DNA of 32,000 bases, taken from assembly GCA_016125375.1 (NCBI GenBank), contig WGLU01000003.1, forward strand, positions 133,880-165,879, in the 5' to 3' direction. Under the pieces are notes generated by a model. It saw only the letters and a list, made by a program, of their open reading frames with translations, searched no databases and was not told the origin of the DNA. The position numbers and the translations under genes were made by a program. Shown in pieces: positions 24,878 through 31,787 of the stretch (position 1 is the stretch's first letter; each line of letters opens with the position of its first letter). Source of the DNA: Pseudomonadota bacterium (GTDB taxonomy: Bacteria > Pseudomonadota > Alphaproteobacteria > UBA1280 > RI-95).

Positions 24878-25414
24878 TCAGGCAACATCGCCTAATTTAT
24901 CAATCTCGTTATGGGTGAAGACGCGGCCCATCTCGATCAGAATAATCATCTTGTTATTAAAGTGGCTGATGCCGCGAATGTACTCAGACCCGATGCCGCC
25001 GGCAACAAGGGCAGGGGGCGGAGAAATGGTATCTGCCGGAATACGCAGTACTTCGTCCACCGCATCCACAATCAGACCGAGAACGTTCTCGTTCACCTCG
25101 ATGACGATGATACGGGTTGTGGCCTCGTTAATCTCTGCCGCAATACCAAAGCGCTTGCGCAGGTCGACCACGGGAATAATCTGGCCACGGAGGTTGATGA
25201 CGCCCTCGACGAACGGCGGTGCTTTGGGCACCGGCGTGATGTCTGTCATGCGGATGATTTCGCGCACTTCCAGAATCGGCACGCCAAATTCTTCCCCTGC
25301 CAGTGTAAAGGTCACCACCTGCGCCAGCACATCTGTACTGCGTGTTGTCTGACGGTCTTTGGCAGTGGCAACGGCATTGCCTTGAGAGGCTACAAGATCA
25401 CCCACGGTCGGCAT
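24878..25414 (-). CDS. cheW: Chemotaxis coupling protein CheW
   Basis: VVTFTLAGEEFGVPILEVREIIRMTDITPVPKAPPFVEGVINLRGQIIPVVDLRKRFG is the canonical CheW domain. Confidence 0.92.
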   Translation of the reverse strand: MPTVGDLVASQGNAVATAKDRQTTRSTDVLAQVVTFTLAGEEFGVPILEVREIIRMTDITPVPKAPPFVEGVINLRGQIIPVVDLRKRFGIAAEINEATTRIIVIEVNENVLGLIVDAVDEVLRIPADTISPPPALVAGGIGSEYIRGISHFNNKMIILIEMGRVFTHNEIDKLGDVA

Positions 25415-25429
25415 CCTTTTTTTATTTTC

Positions 25430-25446
25430 CCATATTTAAAATATGG
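25430..25446. repeat. Perfect AT-rich palindrome CCATATTT-a-AAATATGG between the regulator gene and cheW
   Basis: Eight-bp arms at 25430-25437 and 25439-25446 around a central A, inside a 49-nt, very AT-rich gap. Confidence 0.5.
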
Positions 25447-25463
25447 AAACTTATTAATTATTT

Positions 25464-26195
25464 TCAATCTTCGGTAGGTGTACTGCTGCCGGGTATCGGG
25501 TCGGCGAACACATAACCACCTTCCCATTTTGTGTGAATATAATTTTCGTTGCAAAGAGTTATTAGTTTTTTCCGCAAACGGTACACATACATGTCGATAA
25601 GCTTGGGGTCCGAGTCCGGTGCTTCGCCAAAGAGGTATGACATCAGTTTTTCTTTGGACAGCGTATAGTTCTTCCGTTGGGAGAAGATTTCCAGCAGTGC
25701 ATACTCAATCGGGTCCATTTCGACCGGTTTGCCCTCAATCAGTACGGTCTTGCTGTCGCTGCAAATGGTAATTTTGCCAGTTGTTATGTGGCCCGGCGCT
25801 TTGTCCTGGACGCGCGTCATCAGCGCTTTCAGGTCGCGGGTAAGCGATGTTTTGGTGTAAGGGCGTCGCACCAGCGCATCAGCCATGCGCATATGGGCAT
25901 CGGAGAGCCTGTCGATGCCGTCAGCATCACCCAGCAGGACGATATAGCCGTTGGTATGGATATTTTTCAGACGTTCGGCCAGCTCCAGAGCTGCGGCGGT
26001 GTCTTCGTTGTCAATCGGCAGAAGAATCAGGTCGTAAGGATTGTTACGGCAGGTATTGAAGCCGCGTTCATCCTGATGGCAAAGGGTCACATCAAACGCA
26101 TCCGGCCCCAGCATTTTGCACAAACGCTGGCCTTCCGCCGTTTGCCGGGTGGCAATCAGGACACGGGGGGGATGGTTTTGCGCGTTCATAGCCAT
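25464..26195 (-). CDS. OmpR/PhoB-family winged-helix regulator with a degenerate (pseudo-)receiver domain
   Basis: C-terminal trans_reg_C pattern (VEMDPIEYALLEIFSQRKNYTLSKEKLMSYLFG...LIDMYVYRLRKKL...GGYVF). The N-terminal REC fold has altered phospho-chemistry residues. The start is set to ATG 26195, with GGAG 9 nt upstream. Confidence 0.8.
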   Translation of the reverse strand: MAMNAQNHPPRVLIATRQTAEGQRLCKMLGPDAFDVTLCHQDERGFNTCRNNPYDLILLPIDNEDTAAALELAERLKNIHTNGYIVLLGDADGIDRLSDAHMRMADALVRRPYTKTSLTRDLKALMTRVQDKAPGHITTGKITICSDSKTVLIEGKPVEMDPIEYALLEIFSQRKNYTLSKEKLMSYLFGEAPDSDPKLIDMYVYRLRKKLITLCNENYIHTKWEGGYVFADPIPGSSTPTED

Positions 26196-26234
26196 TACTT
26201 TACTCCATAGTATGCATATCGCCAAGAGGGGGCG

Positions 26235-26264
26235 TTGCGTCAAGCCTTGGGCAGCCTGTATACT
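26235..26264 (+). promoter_or_regulatory. Sigma70-like promoter candidate TTGCGT-N18-TATACT for fliI
   Basis: ttgcgt at 26235-26240, an 18-nt spacer, tatact at 26259-26264. Confidence 0.3.
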
Positions 26265-26290
26265 CAAATAAAAAGCGTTTGGAAAGCTTT

Positions 26291-27634
26291 ATGACGGACC
26301 CGTTTAAAGAAGTTGGCAATTTAATCGAGACGGTGCCCACCTCCCGCCGGTTTGGCAAGGTGCGTGGTGTGTCCGGCCTGTTGGTGGAAAGCCACGGCCT
26401 GCCGGATACGGCAATGGGCAGCCGGTGCCGTATTGCCGGGCGTGACGGCCGCCTGCACGAGGCTGAAGTCGTCGGCTACCAGCACGACAACGTGTTGCTT
26501 ATGCCGTTTGGGACCGTGGAAGGTATCGGCCCGGGCTGCCCTGTTTATCCGATTCACGACCGGGCAGTCTTCCGCGCCAACCACAGCCTGATTGGCCGTG
26601 TCATCAATGCGCTGGGTGAGCCGATTGACGGCAAGGGCCCGATTTCCCTCGGCGGCGAAGAGCGCGACCTTAAAGCCCCGCCACCGCCTGCCGGGGCGCG
26701 TAATCCGCTGGGTGCCAAGATGGATGTTGGCGTACGGGCCATCAACACCTTCCTGACGGTTTGCGAAGGGCAGCGTTTGGGTATTTTCTCCGGTTCCGGT
26801 GTGGGTAAGTCGACCCTGATGGGTATGGTTGCTCGTTATGCCACGGCAGAGGTCAACGTTATTGGTCTTGTGGGCGAACGGGGACGGGAGGTGATGGAGT
26901 TTATCCACACCATTCTGGGCGAGGAAGGTCTGCGCAAGTCGGTCGTTATTGTCGCTACGGGTGACGAACCTCCGCTGATGCGCCGTCAGGCCGCCTATAT
27001 GAGCATGACGATAGCCGAGTACTTCCGCGACTGCGGCTTTCAGGTCATGCTGATGATTGACTCGATTACCCGCTTTGCCATGGCCCAGCGGGAGATTGGC
27101 CTTTCTGCCGGCGAGCCGCCCACCACGCGTGGCTTTACGCCGTCCGTGTTTTCCGAGCTGCCCCGCCTGCTGGAGCGTGCAGGCCCCGGTACAGGTAAGG
27201 GGTCGATTACCGGCATCTTTACCGTACTGGTAGAAGGGGGCGATATGGACGAACCCGTTGCCGATGCCGTGCGCGGTATCATCGACGGACACATTGTGCT
27301 CGACCGGGCTTTGGCGGAACGAGGACACTTCCCCTCCATCAACGTGCTGCGTTCGGTCAGCCGTGCCATGCCCATGTGCAACACGGACGAGGAGAATACC
27401 CTGGTCATGCAGGCGCGCCGCCTGATTGCCTCCTACACGGATATGGAGGAGATGATACGTCTGGGCGCCTACAAGCAAGGTACCGACAAGGACGTGGACA
27501 TGGCGATAGCTTACCATGCCCAGCTGGAGGATTTCCTCCGACAGGAGCATAACGAGGCCAGTACCCTCGCCGAAGGCTACGATACCCTGAACGACATGTT
27601 CAAAAGGCTGGTCAAGCCTGCCGCAGAGGCCTAG
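26291..27634 (+). CDS. fliI: Flagellum-specific ATPase FliI
   Basis: Walker A GIFSGSGVGKSTLMGM, Walker B QVMLMIDSITRFA and overall F1/T3SS-ATPase architecture. fliJ lies directly downstream. Confidence 0.93.
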   Translation: MTDPFKEVGNLIETVPTSRRFGKVRGVSGLLVESHGLPDTAMGSRCRIAGRDGRLHEAEVVGYQHDNVLLMPFGTVEGIGPGCPVYPIHDRAVFRANHSLIGRVINALGEPIDGKGPISLGGEERDLKAPPPPAGARNPLGAKMDVGVRAINTFLTVCEGQRLGIFSGSGVGKSTLMGMVARYATAEVNVIGLVGERGREVMEFIHTILGEEGLRKSVVIVATGDEPPLMRRQAAYMSMTIAEYFRDCGFQVMLMIDSITRFAMAQREIGLSAGEPPTTRGFTPSVFSELPRLLERAGPGTGKGSITGIFTVLVEGGDMDEPVADAVRGIIDGHIVLDRALAERGHFPSINVLRSVSRAMPMCNTDEENTLVMQARRLIASYTDMEEMIRLGAYKQGTDKDVDMAIAYHAQLEDFLRQEHNEASTLAEGYDTLNDMFKRLVKPAAEA

Positions 27635-27643
27635 TCGTCATAA

Positions 27644-28060
27644 ATGAAGGCGCTCCAGACCCTCATCAAGCTCAGCCGGACGAAGGTTGAGGATAAACAG
27701 AAGGAGATTGCGGTCTTCCGTGAGAAAATCGCCAACATAGAAGGGCGTATTGTCGAACTGGAGCAGGCTATTGTAGATGAGGAAGCGGCGTCAAAAGGCA
27801 GTCTGGAGCTACAAGGGTACTTTGGCCCGTTCCACCAGCGCGCGCTTAAGCAGATAGAAGGGTACCAGAAGGATATTGCCCGTCTTGAGCAGGAGCTTGC
27901 GCCCCATCTAGACGAACTGGCCGAGCTGTTTGCCGAGCAGAAACGGGTGGAAATCCTGTATGAACGCCGCAAGGAAGAAGCCCGCAAACTGATGTTGAAA
28001 AAAGAGCAGCAGGAGCTGGATGAAATTGCCACCCAGCGGCACATCCGCAAGACGCGTTAA
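27644..28060 (+). CDS. fliJ: Flagellar export protein FliJ
   Basis: A 138-aa all-helical coiled coil (MKALQTLIKLSRTKVEDKQKEIAVFREKIANIEGRI...) placed directly after fliI. Confidence 0.75.
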   Translation: MKALQTLIKLSRTKVEDKQKEIAVFREKIANIEGRIVELEQAIVDEEAASKGSLELQGYFGPFHQRALKQIEGYQKDIARLEQELAPHLDELAELFAEQKRVEILYERRKEEARKLMLKKEQQELDEIATQRHIRKTR

Positions 28061-28467
28061 CCGCGCAACAGGCTCTCGATAAAGGCAGTAGGTGTATAGG
28101 CGGGCTGGGTTTTGCGGGCCAGTGCGACCTGGCGGCCAAGGCCTGCCCCTGCCGGGCGCTCAGCTTCCACAAATGTCAACAGTGGTACCAGCGTGTCGCT
28201 GATGTCTTCCAGCAACGTTGCGCAGAGGTGCTCCAGACTGTCCCATGTCTGACCGTTCAATCCTTTCAGATAGTCTTCCACGGCGCCGGGTACCGGTACG
28301 TCACGGTCCGGGACCAGAGCGATAGTGATTTTGATGCTGGGGCCGTCATGTGCCGGGGCAAGGGACCAGTTGTAACGACTGACCAGTTCCTGACCGCGAT
28401 GGGTGTTCGGCGTTAAGGCCAGCGCCGTTGTGCGCTCCTTGCGGGATGGCAGGGCGCTCACCGTCAT
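28057..28467 (-). CDS. QueF-like T-fold protein lacking the catalytic cysteine (hypothetical)
   Basis: By-eye match to the type-I QueF pattern. LTPNTH corresponds to FPNKH. [21 protein letters not shown] corresponds to TSLCP.[20 protein letters not shown]...[12 protein letters not shown]...VP corresponds to SKSLK.YL.S.R..HE.....I..DL....P. The start overlaps the cheR stop (TGATG). Confidence 0.4.
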   Translation of the reverse strand: [136 protein letters not shown]

Positions 28468-29411
28468 CAGTCTTTCTTGGCAGCAACCAGATCGGCGATG
28501 CCCAGCTCTTCGAGGGTTTTCTTGCGCGGTGCCAGTTTGTAGGCCAGTGCGCGGACCTTTTCCAGATCCTGACGGAAGATATCACGGTACGGGTACAGGT
28601 TTTCCGAGTGGCCGATGAGCAGGAAACTGTCCGGCGTCATGGCCGAGGCCAGATTTTCAAGCACCTTGCGTTTGGAGGCGTCATCAAAGTAAATCAGCAC
28701 GTTACGGCAGAAGATAATATCGAACGTACCCAGCAGCTTGGTCTGCATGGTGTCTTGCAGGTTGCCCTCTTTAAAAGTCACCAGGGATTTGACTTCCTGA
28801 CGAATCTCGTGCTGGCCGTCCGGCAGTTCTCGAAAGAAGCGGTTCAGCAGCGGTGCCGGCACGTTACGGGTGGCGTAAGAGCCATAGATGGCTGTTCTGG
28901 CACCCTCGATGGCACGGCGGGAGATGTCGGTCCCGATAATCTCGATACGGAAATCCTTGGCGTAGGAGCCTGCCAGCAGCTGCATGGCTGTGGTATAGGC
29001 CTCGTCACCTGTGGAGGAGGCAGCGCTCCAGATGCGCAGGCGCAGGTCGTTCTTGCGGCGCTTCTCGTTGATGAGCGGCATCAGAATATCCTTCTCGAAG
29101 GCTTCCAGCTGCGGCTGGTTGCGGTAGAAGAAGGTCTCGTTGATGGTGACCTCGCTCAGCAGATTGGGATACTCGGTCGCCTTGGCGTGGGGCTGTTGCA
29201 GGAAGCGGTAATAGTCTTCCAGCGTTTTCAGCGCCAAAGCCTTGCGGCGCAGCTCAAGCTTGCTGGTCAGGAAGTACGCTTTGGTCTGGGTAAAGCGGAT
29301 GCCTGAGATGGTGTAAATAAGCTCGACAAAACGGCCAAAAAGCTCGTCGCTCATTTTGGGGGCTTCTGTCGTTTGGCTCTGACCGAGCTGTTCTGCTGTT
29401 TCTGCTGCCAT
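28467..29411 (-). CDS. cheR: Chemotaxis protein methyltransferase CheR
   Basis: TINETFFYRNQPQLEAF, LRIWSAASSTGDEAYT, FDIIFCRNVLIYFD. Confidence 0.92.
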   Translation of the reverse strand: MAAETAEQLGQSQTTEAPKMSDELFGRFVELIYTISGIRFTQTKAYFLTSKLELRRKALALKTLEDYYRFLQQPHAKATEYPNLLSEVTINETFFYRNQPQLEAFEKDILMPLINEKRRKNDLRLRIWSAASSTGDEAYTTAMQLLAGSYAKDFRIEIIGTDISRRAIEGARTAIYGSYATRNVPAPLLNRFFRELPDGQHEIRQEVKSLVTFKEGNLQDTMQTKLLGTFDIIFCRNVLIYFDDASKRKVLENLASAMTPDSFLLIGHSENLYPYRDIFRQDLEKVRALAYKLAPRKKTLEELGIADLVAAKKD

Positions 29412-29455
29412 GGGTGCTTAGAATACCTGTTTTATGTTCGGCATAAAATGGTGAA

Positions 29456-31483
29456 TCATATACTTAAGTCAAGATTTTTTTGCGTTGCGACAATATCATG
29501 TACAGGATCCACCTCGAAATGGGTTACGCCCTCCACGTCTATACTGCCGGTCATACCGGCGTCCACGAGGGCCTTTTGTACGACCTTATACAGGCCGTCT
29601 GCCTCCGGTTCAGTTAGCGGTTCGACGGTTCTGAGCTTCAGCTGCATATCGCGCTCGCGCACCAGACCATCCAATTGCAGGCTCCCCATTTTCGAGAGCG
29701 AGAAGTTCACCACAAAGCGCACATGCTCACGGTCGCTGCCGCCGTGGTCGTCGCGCTGGTTGCGCCAGAAGAACTGTCCCTGCCGCGGCTGGTCATCTTC
29801 TTCGTTCCAATAGGGAAATACCATGCCGCGCCACATATCCTGCTGATTTTCAGGAGCCTTTTGGTGCAGGGTATGCAGGCTATTCATATCATTGCTGAGG
29901 GCGCCGTCCAGCCCCAGTGCGCGCAGGATGTTCAGGGTGTCCTTGCCAAACAGAACCTCCAGATTACGGGTGGTCACAGCCTCGGCAAAGCGCATCAGGT
30001 TGGGCAGGGCGGTATCGTCCAGCGTGGGCAGGCGGTCTTTCAGGTCTGCCAGTGCGTCCGGGTGATTGGCCTGCAAGGATTGGATAGCCTTGGTCAGGTT
30101 GCTCCACCCGAGCGAAAAATTAAGCAGACCAGCGGCTTTGGGATTGGCTGCCTTGGGCAGTGCCATGTTCAGGATTTCGGCATGCCCGTCCGGCAACAGG
30201 CGCACGCTCAGCTGTGCACCGACGTGTAGCGGGCGCTCGCTGTGTACCTGTACGGTCAGGCCATTATCGAACTTGAGCTGATAGGTGGCACTGTCCACAC
30301 GCTGATTGACGGTCGCCTGAGCAAGAACAGTTTGTCCCGGTTGCGGTTGTTTGGTGTCCTGTTGAGGTGTCTGGGTGCCCTGACCTTGCCCTTGTTGGGG
30401 GGAGGTATCGTTGCGGTTAATCGCTTTGGGGGCACTGCTCTGGGTAACGGGCAGAATATCCACAAGTCCGTCAGCGCGGATGCGTATGGCCACGGTCTGG
30501 CCCTCCTGTAATGGCGTGGGAGTATTTATCTTAACTGTCTGACCATCTGGCAGGCGCAGGTTAGCGACCTGGGGGGGTTGCCCTTCCTCTGCGGGCAGAA
30601 TGGTCGCCTCCAATACAGCGGCTTGCCCCGGTGCTGCCTGCTGGACCAGCGCAGTCGGGAGTGGCTGAAGTGGTCGCACGCCACTTGCGAGCGGTTGTGG
30701 CAGGGCAGGTTGGGATGCTGTAGAAGGTTGTGGTTCAGAGACTTGTTGCTGGGCAGTCTTTTCAGCTGCCTGAGGGACAAGGTTGGCCAGAACAGGTGTG
30801 TTCAGACGTTCTATGCGGGCGGCTGTAGGACTGAGAATCTTCAGCTGAACTTCCGTCCGTGGCGGGAAAATAGGCGGTACAGGAACTTGCAGGCGAGTCT
30901 TGTTGGTCAGCTCCAGCGTCTGCACGCCGTTTTCAGGCTCGCCCGTAATCTGTCCCAGTACAGTGGCGCCAACTGCAGGTACGGGTTTGCCCGGCTCAAC
31001 ATTCAATGGCAGGGAAGCACCCACCTGCGGCAGGGGCGATTTGCCTTCCGCTGTAGGGAGTTTAACGGCAATCTGTATCAGCGGCGTTTGCGGCGGCAGC
31101 TGTGATGGCTGTGTGGACTGTTGCTGTGCTGCGGGTTGTTGGCTTTGCGACGTGCCCGCAGTTTGCGGTTGTCCAGGGGCAGGTTCCGCATCTCGTCTGG
31201 GTGGTGCCAGGTAGCGCAGAAGACTGGCCGTATTATCCGGCTGTGTTAACAGCGTCAACCGGCTGCCAATAGGGAGTTGGGGCGTAATATCTGCTTTGAT
31301 TGTGGTGCCATCGGCCAGTTGCAGGGTGGATTGTTTTCCGTCGGTGCCAATAACCTCGGCCCGCAATACGCTGCCCGTGTCTACGGCAGCAGGCAGGCCC
31401 TGAATATTCTCTATCCGCACATAGCGCTGGCTGCCCAGCAGGGCAGTGTCGGTAACCAGCAGCAGGTTTGCGGTGTTAATCAT
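29456..31483 (-). CDS. Pro/Gln-rich modular protein, putative flagellar hook-length control protein (FliK-like)
   Basis: Four beta-rich modules are separated by P/Q-rich linkers. The C-terminal segment VRFVVNFSLSKMGSLQLDGLVRERDMQLKLRTVEPLTEPEADGLYKVVQKALVDAGMTGSIDV fits the Flg_hook/FliK C-terminal pattern. The gene sits in a flagellar neighbourhood. Confidence 0.45.
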   Translation of the reverse strand: MINTANLLLVTDTALLGSQRYVRIENIQGLPAAVDTGSVLRAEVIGTDGKQSTLQLADGTTIKADITPQLPIGSRLTLLTQPDNTASLLRYLAPPRRDAEPAPGQPQTAGTSQSQQPAAQQQSTQPSQLPPQTPLIQIAVKLPTAEGKSPLPQVGASLPLNVEPGKPVPAVGATVLGQITGEPENGVQTLELTNKTRLQVPVPPIFPPRTEVQLKILSPTAARIERLNTPVLANLVPQAAEKTAQQQVSEPQPSTASQPALPQPLASGVRPLQPLPTALVQQAAPGQAAVLEATILPAEEGQPPQVANLRLPDGQTVKINTPTPLQEGQTVAIRIRADGLVDILPVTQSSAPKAINRNDTSPQQGQGQGTQTPQQDTKQPQPGQTVLAQATVNQRVDSATYQLKFDNGLTVQVHSERPLHVGAQLSVRLLPDGHAEILNMALPKAANPKAAGLLNFSLGWSNLTKAIQSLQANHPDALADLKDRLPTLDDTALPNLMRFAEAVTTRNLEVLFGKDTLNILRALGLDGALSNDMNSLHTLHQKAPENQQDMWRGMVFPYWNEEDDQPRQGQFFWRNQRDDHGGSDREHVRFVVNFSLSKMGSLQLDGLVRERDMQLKLRTVEPLTEPEADGLYKVVQKALVDAGMTGSIDVEGVTHFEVDPVHDIVATQKNLDLSI
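30173..31375 (-). repeat. Four diverged intragenic protein repeats (about 45-60 aa each) within the FliK-like gene
   Basis: Modules at aa 37-80, 172-220, 286-345 and 383-437 share the pattern G..VL.a.v....(5-15)..L.L.DG.T(V/I)k(a/i/v)....PL..G..l.(l/v).(l/i). Confidence 0.6.
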
Positions 31484-31497
31484 GTCCGTTTCATTCC

Positions 31498-31776
31498 TTA
31501 AATAAACGGATGGGGGAACAGGTCAGTGTCCGTTCCCCCACCCGCCGCGGCATTAGCTGCGTCTATAAGGTTTTGCAGGGCGCTTACGGCCATGGGGTGA
31601 GGGGTTACCATCCATATCGGCGCGCAGGCAGTACGGATACAGTTGTAAAGCGCAATTGCATCCATCCCCACAAAGTCGGAAAGCTCTTTGAATCCTGCTT
31701 TCTCCAGCCTGTTGACCACTTTCGGGCCAATCATTCTGATGGTGCGCAGTTTGCGTTTTTCACTTTCCGCCATCAT
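31498..31776 (-). CDS. Small helix-hairpin-helix domain protein (hypothetical)
   Basis: LRTIRMIGPKVVNRLEKAGFKELSDFVGMD resembles an HhH DNA-binding motif. The start is trimmed to ATG 31776, 11 nt after the tag stop. Confidence 0.45.
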   Translation of the reverse strand: MMAESEKRKLRTIRMIGPKVVNRLEKAGFKELSDFVGMDAIALYNCIRTACAPIWMVTPHPMAVSALQNLIDAANAAAGGGTDTDLFPHPFI

Positions 31777-31787
31777 GACTGCATGCC

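Noticed and set aside
26321-27550. A 409-aa minus-strand ORF opposite fliI. The same applies to 16934-17839 opposite atpB, 28428-29306 opposite cheR, 10419-11276 opposite slt and 12254-13027 opposite rnhB/GT4
   Set aside because: All lie opposite genes with strong family signatures, and none has its own motifs or translation signals.
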